DNA of 64,000 bases from Clostridium sp. CAG:780. GTDB taxonomy: Bacteria; Bacillota; Clostridia; TANB77; CAG-508. The notes beneath the pieces were generated by a model. It ran no database searches. It saw only the letters and a program-made list of their open reading frames with translations, and was not told where the DNA came from. Shown here one piece after another: positions 38,936 to 48,893 of the stretch (the stretch's first letter is position 1; each line of letters begins with the position of its first letter). A program made the translations under genes and the position numbers. The stretch is from contig HF994469.1 of the NCBI GenBank assembly GCA_000434195.1, positions 23,122 to 87,121 of the forward strand. The letters are read 5' to 3'.

Positions 38936-40162
38936 ATGATTGAAAAAATAATATTTAACGTACTTGCCTTCACATTATTTATTCTGATGTTTATACAATT
39001 AATAAGAAAAAATGACACTAGCTATGTGTACCTACTAGTGGCACAATTTATAGGAATAACCATAAACTTCATAGAGTTAAGTATAGGAAAAAGTTTTGGT
39101 TTTGTAGCAAAATTGATAATGTACATGCTGTCAGTAATTTTGCCAGCATTTGTAATGTGGCTTGAATACAAGAAAAAGATTGAATTTGCAGAGATTTTTA
39201 ATTTAGCGATGGCTACAATATATTCAAAAGCAGGAAAAGACGAGGAGGCTAAAAAATATTTAAACAAATTAATCGACAAATATCCTAACAGTTACAAAGG
39301 TCATATGCTACTGGCACAAATATATGAGAAACAAGAAAAGTATGAATCAGCGCTAGATGAATATGAAAGAGCTTATGATATTAATCCTACAAACAAGAAT
39401 ATTTATTTAAAAATAGGCAAATTATATGGAAACGTAGGAAGAGAAGATGAAGCAATACAAATATTTAATGACTTATTGAAAAAGAACCCAGAATATTATG
39501 AAGCAAGCATGATTTTGGGAGACATACTAAACAAAAAACAAAACTACAAAGAAGCAGTACAAGTTTATATGAATGCACTAAAATATAGACCGGCAGATTA
39601 TGAACTATATTACAATTTGGGAATGACATATACATTACTAAATGATTTTTCAAAAGCAAAAGAATGTTATGAAAAGGCTGCACAGATAAATACTTTATTG
39701 TATCATGCAAAATACAGCATTGGACAATTAAATCTACTTTATGGAGATTTGGATGAAGCAGAAAAACAATTCATGGAATGTATAGATGCGGAAGAAGTTG
39801 AAGCTGGAGCGTATTATTACTTAGCTAGAATCGCAATGGTAAAAGGTGAACTTGATAAAGCAAAAAATTACGCAAATATAGCAATAGAAGAAAATGCAGA
39901 AATATACAATAAAATACTAGATGAGAATATATTTGCACCGATCGCAAAGCAAGTAAATAAACCTAAAATTACGGTGGAAACGAAAAAAAGAGGAAAAAGA
40001 AAAACTTTAAGTAAAAAAGAAAAATACATAGATGAACATTTAGACAAGACATGTAAATTAGTAGGGAAATTAAACAACAATGACATAGAAATGATAGAAA
40101 ACATGAGAAAAACAAAAAATCAAGATTTTAGAAATAAAGATGATATTCAAAGGGAATACTAA
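38936..40162 (+). CDS. Membrane-anchored tetratricopeptide-repeat protein
   Basis: Three N-terminal TM segments followed by serial 34-aa TPR units (..A...Y..AL...P....A...LG..Y). Confidence 0.8.
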   Translation: MIEKIIFNVLAFTLFILMFIQLIRKNDTSYVYLLVAQFIGITINFIELSIGKSFGFVAKLIMYMLSVILPAFVMWLEYKKKIEFAEIFNLAMATIYSKAGKDEEAKKYLNKLIDKYPNSYKGHMLLAQIYEKQEKYESALDEYERAYDINPTNKNIYLKIGKLYGNVGREDEAIQIFNDLLKKNPEYYEASMILGDILNKKQNYKEAVQVYMNALKYRPADYELYYNLGMTYTLLNDFSKAKECYEKAAQINTLLYHAKYSIGQLNLLYGDLDEAEKQFMECIDAEEVEAGAYYYLARIAMVKGELDKAKNYANIAIEENAEIYNKILDENIFAPIAKQVNKPKITVETKKRGKRKTLSKKEKYIDEHLDKTCKLVGKLNNNDIEMIENMRKTKNQDFRNKDDIQREY

Positions 40163-40212
40163 AAGAAAAAAAGAATATACTTTGTATATAATAATAGGAA
40201 GGAAAAAACAAT

Positions 40213-41022
40213 ATGGAAATTTATCAATCAATAATATTAGGAATAGTCCAAGGACTAACAGAATTTTTACCGATATCGAGCTCAGCACATTTAAATGTAT
40301 TTCCATGGATTTTTAACTGGCCAACATTATCAGATGGAATGGATGTAGCTTTACATATAGGAACGCTTTTAGCATTAGTTATATTCTTCTTTAAGGATTG
40401 GGTAAATCTAGTAAAAGCAGGATATAAAAAGGCTGTGAAAAAAGAAGATTCGATAGAAGGAAAAATGTTTTGGTATTTAGTTGCGGCAACAATACCAGCA
40501 GGAATACTAAGTATAGTTTTAGACAAAATATCTTCTAAAATAATAGGAGAGAATATAAATGTAAAAATGGCTGTAATAGCAGCTTCATTAATTATAATGG
40601 GTATAATTTTATACATAGTAGACAAAAAAGCAAAATCAAAAACAGATTATGAACATATTACTTTAAAACAATCAATATTAATAGGAATATCTCAGGCGAT
40701 AGCAGCTGCTTTTCCTGGAGTTTCACGTAGTGGAATAACAATGACAGTAGCAAGAGCACTAAAAATTGATAGAGAAAGTGCAGCAAAATTTTCTTTTATG
40801 CTAGCAATGCCAATAACTTTAGCAGCAGTTGTGTTTGACCTAAATAAATTTAAGTTTGATTTATCGCTTATATTAGGAATACTTGCAAGTTTTATAGTTG
40901 GAATAATAGTAATAAAATTCTTGTTAAATTATTTGAAAAAAGGAAGCTTTAAAGTATTTGCAATTTATAGAATAGTGATAGGAATTTTAATTATAGGAAT
41001 ACTAGTATTCAGAATGATGTAA
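40213..41022 (+). CDS. uppP: Undecaprenyl-diphosphate phosphatase
   Basis: GIVQGLTEFLPISSSAHL and PGVSRSGITMT motifs of BacA/UppP. Confidence 0.93.
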   Translation: MEIYQSIILGIVQGLTEFLPISSSAHLNVFPWIFNWPTLSDGMDVALHIGTLLALVIFFFKDWVNLVKAGYKKAVKKEDSIEGKMFWYLVAATIPAGILSIVLDKISSKIIGENINVKMAVIAASLIIMGIILYIVDKKAKSKTDYEHITLKQSILIGISQAIAAAFPGVSRSGITMTVARALKIDRESAAKFSFMLAMPITLAAVVFDLNKFKFDLSLILGILASFIVGIIVIKFLLNYLKKGSFKVFAIYRIVIGILIIGILVFRMM

Positions 41023-41127
41023 AAACAAAAAATGTGGTTTTAAGAAACTACATTTTTTCTACTTTTAATCAGAAATATTGCAAAAATATTACAATATTGC
41101 ATCTTGTTTACAATTACGCAAAACATG

Positions 41128-41155
41128 TTGACTTTTTTCTAAAAAAAGATACAAT
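41128..41155 (+). promoter_or_regulatory. Candidate promoter of the type IV pilus operon
   Basis: TTGACT, 16 nt, TACAAT. Confidence 0.45.
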
Positions 41156-41187
41156 TATATTGTATATTTGTAGAAAAATGAAAAAAA

Positions 41188-41233
41188 TGCAAAAATTGAT
41201 AAAATAAAATAGTATTTTTTATCAATTTTTGCA
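41188..41233. promoter_or_regulatory. Perfect 17-bp inverted repeat (tgcaaaaattgataaaa / ttttatcaatttttgca, 12-nt spacer) between the promoter and the pilM start
   Basis: Seen directly in the sequence. Candidate operator or 5'-UTR hairpin. Confidence 0.5.
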
Positions 41234-41267
41234 AAACATAAGTAAAAGAAAAACGAAAGGATTAAAT

Positions 41268-42881
41268 ATGGCTAGCTGTTTAGGTATATATATAAATCAA
41301 AATATAATTAAATATGCAAAAGTCTCAAGAGAAAAAGATGACTTAAAAATAGAAGCCTTCGGGATTAAAGTTTATTCGGATTTACACCAAACAATAGATC
41401 AAATTATATCTGAAACATTTAGCTTTAAAATTCCTATTAGTGTCAACATGTCAGAAGAAACATATAACTATTTTTCTATGTCAGACTTGTTAAATAAAAA
41501 AGATTTAGCAAAAGCGATTGACACTGAGTTTGAATCATTATGTTATGAAAAACAATACAATCCAAATGCTTTGGAATCAAGATATGCGTTAGTTAATGAT
41601 GTAAACGAAAAAGGAAAAATAAGAGTAATACATGTTTCAACAAATAAAATAAAGATAAATAAAATAACACAAGATTTTGAAGATAAAAAAGTGCAATCAA
41701 TAACACCTATTTCAATAAGTATTGCAAATATTGCGCCATTAGACGAAAAGGAAAATACAATAATATTAAATATAGAAGATACTACTACTATCACAACAAT
41801 GGTAGGACAAAAGGTGTATGATATTCAAACGCTTCCAGTTGGAGCAAGCCAGATATTAGATGCAATTAGCGAAAAGGAAAATTCATATTTAAAAGCATAT
41901 GAAATATGTAAAAATACAACAATATACACTATGGAGGGACAAAGCCTTCAAGAAAAAGAAAATGAGTATCTAGAAGATATAGTGCCAACATTATATACAA
42001 TAGCAACACAAGTGAGAGATATGATTAGCTCAAGCTTATTTAAAATAAACAAAATTTACATTACAGGAACAGCATCTGCTATAAACAATATAGATTTATA
42101 TATTGAAGAAATAGTTGGTGGAGTTAAATGTGAAATATTAAAACCATATTTCTTAGAAGATAGTCCTAAAATAAACATGAAGGATTATATAGAAGTAAAC
42201 TCCGCAATAGCGCTTGCAATGCAAGGATTAGGATATGGCGTTCAAAATATTAATTTTAGCAAAAAAAGTTTTTGGGAGAATCTACCAGAACTACTAACAG
42301 CAGATATTTCAATAGGAAAATCTAAAAAAGGTGGAAGTAGTTCAAAAGGAAAATTAAACATTGAATTACCAAAACTAAGAACTTGGGTGTCAAGAGAACT
42401 GGCAGGAGTTGTAATATTAACTGTGGCTTATGCAGCAATCGCAATGTATATAAACAATCAAATAATCAAGAAAAATGACGAAATTCAAACTATAACAGCA
42501 GATATAAACAAACAAATAAGCTTAATAGATGCAGATAAAAAGAAGGTTGATTCTAAAACATCTGATTACAATACTCTAACAACAAATTTAGAGAATGCAA
42601 CTAATGAGATGAATGATAGAAATTCATATAGAAATGTAATACCAGTTTTGCTTAGCCAAATAATGAATACAATACCAAAAGAAGTACAATTAACTTCTAT
42701 TGAAAACACAAGTGGTAAAAAGATTGTTATAAATGCACAATCAGAAAAATATGAACAATTAGCATATTTTAAAACATTATTGAAATCAAAAGGAATATTA
42801 GAGCCAACTTCGATTGTATCAACAGCAGCAGTTAAAGAAGGAAATAATGTTAAAATTGTTATAGAAGGAGATTTGCCATGA
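41268..42881 (+). CDS. pilM: Type IV pilus assembly protein, PilM-PilN fusion
   Basis: Actin-like ATPase-fold N-part (LGIYINQ..., IILNIEDTTTITTMV, IYITGTASAINN), then TM VVILTVAYAAIAMYI plus a coiled coil and PilN-like C-part. ATG 41268 chosen over the TTG at 41229. Confidence 0.7.
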   Translation: MASCLGIYINQNIIKYAKVSREKDDLKIEAFGIKVYSDLHQTIDQIISETFSFKIPISVNMSEETYNYFSMSDLLNKKDLAKAIDTEFESLCYEKQYNPNALESRYALVNDVNEKGKIRVIHVSTNKIKINKITQDFEDKKVQSITPISISIANIAPLDEKENTIILNIEDTTTITTMVGQKVYDIQTLPVGASQILDAISEKENSYLKAYEICKNTTIYTMEGQSLQEKENEYLEDIVPTLYTIATQVRDMISSSLFKINKIYITGTASAINNIDLYIEEIVGGVKCEILKPYFLEDSPKINMKDYIEVNSAIALAMQGLGYGVQNINFSKKSFWENLPELLTADISIGKSKKGGSSSKGKLNIELPKLRTWVSRELAGVVILTVAYAAIAMYINNQIIKKNDEIQTITADINKQISLIDADKKKVDSKTSDYNTLTTNLENATNEMNDRNSYRNVIPVLLSQIMNTIPKEVQLTSIENTSGKKIVINAQSEKYEQLAYFKTLLKSKGILEPTSIVSTAAVKEGNNVKIVIEGDLP

Positions 42882-43621
42882 AAAATATATTAATAACGGT
42901 AATTTCTGTACTTATGACAGTTCTGATAATAATAACAATGATAAAAGGTCTTACAATTGGAAAGATAAAAATATTAAGCATTGCGGACATTAAACAAAAC
43001 AGCATGGATTTAGATAAAAAAATAGAAGATTTAAATACTCTAAAAAATCTAACATATAAGCAAAAAGTTGGAAATCTAGAAGATTCTACAAAAAGATTGA
43101 CAACAGCTAAACAAAAATATTTAGAAGTAGCAAGCTTAAGTACAGATGAACAAATAAAAGCAGCCAACCAAGAGCCAGTATATTCAATGGAGTTCTTATG
43201 GGACAAGGTTGGTAGTTATGCAACAAGAGAAGGATTAAAACTAAAATGGGTAGTAACTCCTACTGGAACAACAAATAAAAGTACCTTATCATTTACACTT
43301 ACAGGAGCATATATCTCAATTATAAATTATGTATATGCAATAGAAAACGACTCTGAACTAGCATTTAGAATAGAAAACTTTAAAATAGTTCCAGCTGGTG
43401 GAGAAGGAGAGTTTTTGACAGCAACATTTACAGTATCAAATATAGGAGTTAAACAAGAATCTACAACGACGAGAGTGACATCAACTACTACAGATACAAC
43501 AAAGACTACAACAAACAACACCAATACAACAAATAATACAACAAACACTACAACACAAAACAAAGAGACAAAATCAACTGCAAACTCTTTGGATGAACAA
43601 ATTGATGATGCTATAAACTAA
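42878..43621 (+). CDS. PilO-like pilus assembly protein with a Thr/Asn-rich tail
   Basis: ATGA overlap with pilMN, N-terminal TM, coiled coil. Operon position is the main argument. Confidence 0.55.
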   Translation: MKNILITVISVLMTVLIIITMIKGLTIGKIKILSIADIKQNSMDLDKKIEDLNTLKNLTYKQKVGNLEDSTKRLTTAKQKYLEVASLSTDEQIKAANQEPVYSMEFLWDKVGSYATREGLKLKWVVTPTGTTNKSTLSFTLTGAYISIINYVYAIENDSELAFRIENFKIVPAGGEGEFLTATFTVSNIGVKQESTTTRVTSTTTDTTKTTTNNTNTTNNTTNTTTQNKETKSTANSLDEQIDDAIN

Positions 43622-43643
43622 AACTTGGAAAGGAGATATGCAA

Positions 43644-44036
43644 ATGAAATCAGTATTAAAAGAAATAATTATAATATTACTTTTGTGTTGTGCAATATGC
43701 TTGATTTTAGGAGTGGTATTTTATGATTATATTCCAACAAACAAAGTAATTCCAAGTACAGTAGAACCTTATACAACATCAAATACAATAAAAGAAGAAA
43801 TAAACCAGGAAATTACAGAATTTCAAAAACAGACGATTGTTATGGAAATAACAGACTCAGATCTTAAAATCCATAAACAAGAAAGAAGCTACGATTCTGG
43901 AAAAATAAATCCTTTTGCTAAATCATCATCAGGAACAACCAATACTGAAAAGGGTGATAAAAACACAACAGGGGATACAAATCAAAATCCAGATTCAAAA
44001 GATTATTTCTTTAATAATCAAAGTGGCTTAAAATAA
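43644..44036 (+). CDS. Single-TM pilus-operon protein (about 130 aa)
   Basis: AGGAG RBS lies 8 nt before ATG 43644; TM IIIILLLCCAICLILGVVFY. Confidence 0.5.
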   Translation: MKSVLKEIIIILLLCCAICLILGVVFYDYIPTNKVIPSTVEPYTTSNTIKEEINQEITEFQKQTIVMEITDSDLKIHKQERSYDSGKINPFAKSSSGTTNTEKGDKNTTGDTNQNPDSKDYFFNNQSGLK

Positions 44037-44094
44037 TTAATCTAGATATATTTTTAATAAATATATACAAAAAAAATCAAAGGAGGAATTTAAT

Positions 44095-44316
44095 ATGTTT
44101 AAGAAAGAAAAAGGTATCACATTAGTTGCATTAGTAGTAACAATAGTTGTACTATTAATATTAGCAGGTGTAAGCATTAGCTTAGTATTAGACCAAAACG
44201 GAATAATAAACAAAGCTAAAGGCGCTAGAACAGAATACCAAAACGCTGCTAACTATGAAAAAGATTTGTTAACAGATACTAACACAGCTTGGATAGACAA
44301 CTTAACAAAAGACTAA
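44095..44316 (+). CDS. pilA: Major type IV pilin, very short (73-aa precursor)
   Basis: Strong AAAGGAGGA RBS. Leader MFKKEKG then ITLVALVVTIVVLLILAGV hydrophobic helix. First pilin gene of the operon, followed by a strong hairpin. Confidence 0.8.
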   Translation: MFKKEKGITLVALVVTIVVLLILAGVSISLVLDQNGIINKAKGARTEYQNAANYEKDLLTDTNTAWIDNLTKD

Positions 44317-44350
44317 TAAAAAACGATAATGAATTTATTGTATTAAATGT

Positions 44351-44396
44351 AAGGTTACCTTATAAAATATTATAATATTTTGAATAGGGTAACCTT
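44351..44396 (+). terminator. Long hairpin after pilA (attenuator-type; no clear T-run)
   Basis: aaggttacc...ggtaacctt outer stem with an inner aaaatatt/aatatttt palindrome. Confidence 0.4.
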
Positions 44397-44433
44397 GTAT
44401 TACTATAAAGGCAATAATTATGAAAGGCAAAAG

Positions 44434-45222
44434 ATGAATGTTATATTATATATCTATATATTTTTAATAGGAATAACCTTTGGAAGTTTCTTCACATTGG
44501 CAATTCATAGAATACCAAGAAACCAAGATATAACACATACAAGATCATATTGTCCAAAATGCAATCACAAGCTATCTTTTTGGGATATGATACCAATGCT
44601 AAGTTATATATTCTTAAGAGGCAAATGTAGATACTGTAAAACAAAAATTGCGCCAAAATACTTTTTTATAGAACTTCTAACAGGATTGACATTTGTATTA
44701 TTTGCATATTCTTTAAGACTACAAATATTTAATCTATATTTCATATGTGGCTTGCTATATATAGCTGGCTTATTTGTCATATCTGGAATAGACAAAGAAC
44801 ACCACGAAGTAAGGTTAAGTGTAATATTATACATGACAATAGTACAAGCAATATATATAATATATCTATACATAATAGAACAATCTAATGTTTATAGATA
44901 TGTTATATATCTAGTAATATTAGCAATACTAATATTATCAGACACAATATATTTCAGAAAAAAATTAAAAAATAATTACATATTAGAAAATCTAATTTTA
45001 TTAAATGTAATGTTGATGTTTACGTATGAAGCATGCACTATTTTAACAGTAGAATTTACACTAATAGTAATTGCAATAAAATCGTTTATAGAAGCAATAA
45101 AAAACAGAAAAACAAAACAAGTAAAAAAGAAACAAGAGAAAATAATGCCAATAGCTTTCTATTTATGTGTAACAAATATTATAACATTAATAATTACTAA
45201 CATATTATGTTTTTATAGGTGA
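44434..45222 (+). CDS. pilD: Prepilin peptidase (A24 family), divergent
   Basis: N-terminal CPKC..(21)..CRYC zinc motif, first catalytic Asp context ISGIDKEH, C-terminal MPIAFYL (like IPFGPFL). The canonical GxGD around the second Asp is not evident. Confidence 0.75.
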   Translation: MNVILYIYIFLIGITFGSFFTLAIHRIPRNQDITHTRSYCPKCNHKLSFWDMIPMLSYIFLRGKCRYCKTKIAPKYFFIELLTGLTFVLFAYSLRLQIFNLYFICGLLYIAGLFVISGIDKEHHEVRLSVILYMTIVQAIYIIYLYIIEQSNVYRYVIYLVILAILILSDTIYFRKKLKNNYILENLILLNVMLMFTYEACTILTVEFTLIVIAIKSFIEAIKNRKTKQVKKKQEKIMPIAFYLCVTNIITLIITNILCFYR

Positions 45223-45227
45223 GTATT

Positions 45228-45620
45228 ATGAATAGATTAAAAAATAATAAAGGAATAACAGGCATTGACTTAACAATTAGCATAATAGTTTTGACAATCT
45301 TTGCTGGTCTGATTGTTGGGTTGATGGTAAACAACTACAATGTAGCTATAGAAATACAAAAAGGTGCAAATGCTATGTCATATGCTACTATGATATTAGA
45401 AAAAGTTGACGAAAAAGCTTATGAAAAAGTGACTAATAACTTCGTACAAGAACTAGGAGATGAAATATCAATAAATAGTGATTATACAGTAAATTTAGAG
45501 GTTAATCAAGCAGACGATAAGGACTACGTAAAAAGAGTAACTGTGAAAGTCACTTATACTGTAAATAATGAAGAAAAATCATTAGAAATAAGAAAATTAA
45601 AAATAAAGGAAATAAGTTAA
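45228..45620 (+). CDS. Minor pilin / pseudopilin
   Basis: MNRLKNNKG|ITGIDLTISIIVLTIFAGL prepilin-like N-terminus (Asp at +5); AGGTGA RBS. Confidence 0.65.
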   Translation: MNRLKNNKGITGIDLTISIIVLTIFAGLIVGLMVNNYNVAIEIQKGANAMSYATMILEKVDEKAYEKVTNNFVQELGDEISINSDYTVNLEVNQADDKDYVKRVTVKVTYTVNNEEKSLEIRKLKIKEIS

Positions 45621-45621
45621 A

Positions 45622-46083
45622 ATGAAAAATAAACTTAAATCAGAAAAAGGTGTAACACTGACAACACTTGTAATATACATTATTGTATTAGTAGTGGCGT
45701 TAGGAATATTAGCAACAGTAAGCACATTCTTTTATAAAAACGTTATACTTATAAAAGACTCGGCAAAATATGCGGCAGAATTTGATAAATTTAATGCAAG
45801 TTTTATAAAAGATATAAAAAGCAATGCTGAAGCGAATGTAGACCAAAATGCAAAAACAATAGTGTTTGAAGATGGAACAACATATGTGTACAACGAAAAT
45901 GATAAAGGAATATATAGAAATCAAGTAAAAATAGCAACACATGTAGATGTTTTTAATATATCAACAAAAACAATATCGGTAAATAATGTAGACAAGCAAA
46001 TAATATCAGTCAACATAGTTATAGGAAATTCTAAAAAAACCCTAATAAATAAAAGTATAGATTATACATTGAAATATTGGTAA
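45622..46083 (+). CDS. Minor pilin / pseudopilin
   Basis: MKNKLKSEKG|VTLTTLVIYIIVLVVALGIL prepilin-like N-terminus. Confidence 0.65.
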   Translation: MKNKLKSEKGVTLTTLVIYIIVLVVALGILATVSTFFYKNVILIKDSAKYAAEFDKFNASFIKDIKSNAEANVDQNAKTIVFEDGTTYVYNENDKGIYRNQVKIATHVDVFNISTKTISVNNVDKQIISVNIVIGNSKKTLINKSIDYTLKYW

Positions 46084-46113
46084 TCAAAATATTTACAAGA
46101 AGGAGAAAATAGT

Positions 46114-47742
46114 ATGGATGGTAAAAGAACACAACCAATAGGAATTGAGCTTGTAAAAAGAGGAGTTGTTACAGAAGCAGATGTAAACAAAGCCCTTGAA
46201 TATCAAAAAACTCATTCTTCAAAAAAATTGGGAGATATAATCAATGAATTGCACTTATGTGATTCATATAGACTTATCAAAGAAATAGGCGAGATTTTAG
46301 GCGAAAAAACAATACTTCTAGAACTAGAAGATGTTAAAGTAAATATAACAGACTATATATCTATGGATATGGCAAAAAAGAATAGAGCAATACCATTTGA
46401 AGTAGGTGCTGGAAAAATAAAAGTATGTTTCTCTGATGGAACAAATAAAAAAATGATAGATGCTATGAAATTATTATTCCTAAACAAAGGACTTGTAATG
46501 GATAAATACATTACATTTGATAGCAACATAGCAAGAATACTAAATTCAATAGGTGGAACAGCATCAGAAAACATAGATGTAACAGCTGATATTTCTGGAT
46601 TAGTAGATTCTATAATAAAAACTGCTATGGAAAAAAGAGCAAGTGATATCCATATAGAACCACTAGAAGACAGTGTAAGAGTAAGATACAGAATAGATGG
46701 AGAATTAATCTCAGCAGCAACAATAGAAAAAGATAAACAAGCTCAATTAATAGGAAGATTAAAAGCAATATCAAATATGCATCAAGAAAAACAAGAATCT
46801 CAAGATGGAAGAATTATAATGTATCCGGATTACAACATCCGTGTATCTTCACAGAAAAATGTATGTGGAGAAAAATTTGTGTTGAGACTTCTAAAAAAGA
46901 ATGTAGATGTACAACAAATATTTGAATTAGGATTCCCAAGAGACGAAGAGCTTGTGAGAAAAAGCTTTGACAAGAGAAACAGTATAGTGTTAGTCGCAGC
47001 TCCAACAGGAGAAGGAAAAACAACAACATTATATAGTATAATAGATTATTTAAATAGACCAGAAATAAACATTACAACAATAGAAGATCCAGTCGAAATA
47101 AGAATTCCAGGACTAAATCAGGTTGAAATAGATTCAAGAACATCTTTCTCAGGCTCATTGAGAACAGTATTAAGACAGGATCCAGATATCATATTAGTTG
47201 GAGAAATTCGTGATAAAGAAACAGCAGAAATTGCAATGCAAGCAGGTCAAACAGGACACTACGTATTATCAACAATCCACACAATCGATAGTGTAGAAGT
47301 TCTAACAAGATTAAGAAAAATTGGAGTGTCAAATTATGATATAGGAAGCACACTTGCAACATCATTATCTCAAAGACTAGTAAGAAGAGTTTGTCCAGAC
47401 TGTGCACAAGAAAGAGATTTCACAGAAGAAGAAAAAGAAATTATCAATAGGATAGCAAGAAAATATCATGTAGAATATGACTTTAAAGGAAAGAAAACAT
47501 ACACAACAGTTGGTTGTGAAAAATGTAATAACACAGGATTCTATGGAAGAATTGGTATATTTGAAGTATTAAACATAACAGAAAATATAAAAGAATTAAT
47601 AGTAAAAGATGCATCAAGTATCGAAATAAGAAACAAAGCAATAGAAGAGGGGTATAAACCTTTAGTAATAGATGGATTCAACAAAATTATGGAAGGTTAT
47701 ACAACATTACAGGAATTGAATTCTAAACTAGTTATATATTAG
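46114..47742 (+). CDS. pilB: Type IV pilus assembly ATPase PilB (GspE family)
   Basis: Walker A APTGEGKTTT, Asp/His boxes, tetracysteine CPDC..CEKC motif. Confidence 0.92.
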   Translation: MDGKRTQPIGIELVKRGVVTEADVNKALEYQKTHSSKKLGDIINELHLCDSYRLIKEIGEILGEKTILLELEDVKVNITDYISMDMAKKNRAIPFEVGAGKIKVCFSDGTNKKMIDAMKLLFLNKGLVMDKYITFDSNIARILNSIGGTASENIDVTADISGLVDSIIKTAMEKRASDIHIEPLEDSVRVRYRIDGELISAATIEKDKQAQLIGRLKAISNMHQEKQESQDGRIIMYPDYNIRVSSQKNVCGEKFVLRLLKKNVDVQQIFELGFPRDEELVRKSFDKRNSIVLVAAPTGEGKTTTLYSIIDYLNRPEINITTIEDPVEIRIPGLNQVEIDSRTSFSGSLRTVLRQDPDIILVGEIRDKETAEIAMQAGQTGHYVLSTIHTIDSVEVLTRLRKIGVSNYDIGSTLATSLSQRLVRRVCPDCAQERDFTEEEKEIINRIARKYHVEYDFKGKKTYTTVGCEKCNNTGFYGRIGIFEVLNITENIKELIVKDASSIEIRNKAIEEGYKPLVIDGFNKIMEGYTTLQELNSKLVIY

Positions 47743-47765
47743 TTAGAAAAGAAGGGAGCAAAAGA

Positions 47766-48884
47766 ATGATAAATATAGATAAAGTTATAAGAGAAGCTAT
47801 AAAAAGAGATGCATCAGACATTCACTTACTATGTGGAATAAAACCAATGTTAAGAATTGCAAGAGATTTAGTTCCATATGACGAGGAATGTGAGGAACTA
47901 TCTCAAGAAGATATGGTAGACATATATGATTATTTCATAAAAGGAAATGTTGATAAAGATAGAGTATTTAAAGAAACGAAAAAATTAGACTCTTCATTTG
48001 AATTTGAAGGACTAAGACTAAGAGTAAACATCTCTTTATCAGGAGATATACCAACATTTACTCTAAGAATTATAAAAAATGAATTACCAACATTTGAAGA
48101 ATTAGGAGTTCCAGACATCGTTAGAAGAATGATGTACCAACCACAAGGACTAGTTCTTGTAACTGGTAAGACAAATTCTGGTAAAACAACAACATTAAAT
48201 GCCTTGATAAATGATATAAACGAAAATCAGAACAAAAAGATACTAACATTGGAAAGCCCAATAGAATATAAACACACATGCAAAAAATCAATAGTAGTAC
48301 AAAAAGAAGTTGGAGTAGGACAAGATGTACTAAAATATAAAGATGGTGTAAAGAACTGTTTAAGAGAAGACTGCGACATTCTAGTAATAGGAGAGATTCG
48401 TGATAGAGAAACAATGGATGCTGCAATAGAAACAGCAGAAGCTGGACACTTAGTAATAGGAACACTACACACAAAATCATGTGCAGAGACAATCGACAGA
48501 ATGATAAACTTCTACGAAATATCTGATCAACAAAGTATAAAATATCTAATAGGTTCATTATTAAAACTAGTTACATCTCAAAGATTGCTAAAAGGAAAAA
48601 ATGGCAAGTTAGTACTAGTTCCAGAAGTTATGGTTGTAGATAATATAATTTCTGGTATAATAAGAAAAGAGAAATTTAATGTTTCAGAAGTAGAGGATGC
48701 AATACAAAGTGCATCAGCAAATGGAAGTATAGGACTTATAAACTCAATAGCACAACTATTTGTAGATGATATGATAACATTAGAGCAAGCAAAAGCTCAA
48801 ATAGAAGAAAAGAACATAGAAACACTAAACAGAACAATAATGCAACTAAAAATCAAAAAAGGAAATGCACATAGAATGGAATAG
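47766..48884 (+). CDS. pilT: Twitching motility (retraction) ATPase PilT
   Basis: ASDIHL, Walker A GKTNSGKTTT, GEIRDRET, GHLVIGTLHT. Confidence 0.92.
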   Translation: MINIDKVIREAIKRDASDIHLLCGIKPMLRIARDLVPYDEECEELSQEDMVDIYDYFIKGNVDKDRVFKETKKLDSSFEFEGLRLRVNISLSGDIPTFTLRIIKNELPTFEELGVPDIVRRMMYQPQGLVLVTGKTNSGKTTTLNALINDINENQNKKILTLESPIEYKHTCKKSIVVQKEVGVGQDVLKYKDGVKNCLREDCDILVIGEIRDRETMDAAIETAEAGHLVIGTLHTKSCAETIDRMINFYEISDQQSIKYLIGSLLKLVTSQRLLKGKNGKLVLVPEVMVVDNIISGIIRKEKFNVSEVEDAIQSASANGSIGLINSIAQLFVDDMITLEQAKAQIEEKNIETLNRTIMQLKIKKGNAHRME

Positions 48885-48893
48885 GAGGTTAAT

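Noticed and set aside
43440-43570. acaaca/aataca-rich DNA at the 3' end of the PilO-like gene, considered as a tandem repeat or CRISPR-like array
   Set aside because: It is in-frame Thr/Asn low-complexity coding sequence with no repeat-spacer periodicity. No CRISPR array was seen anywhere in the window.
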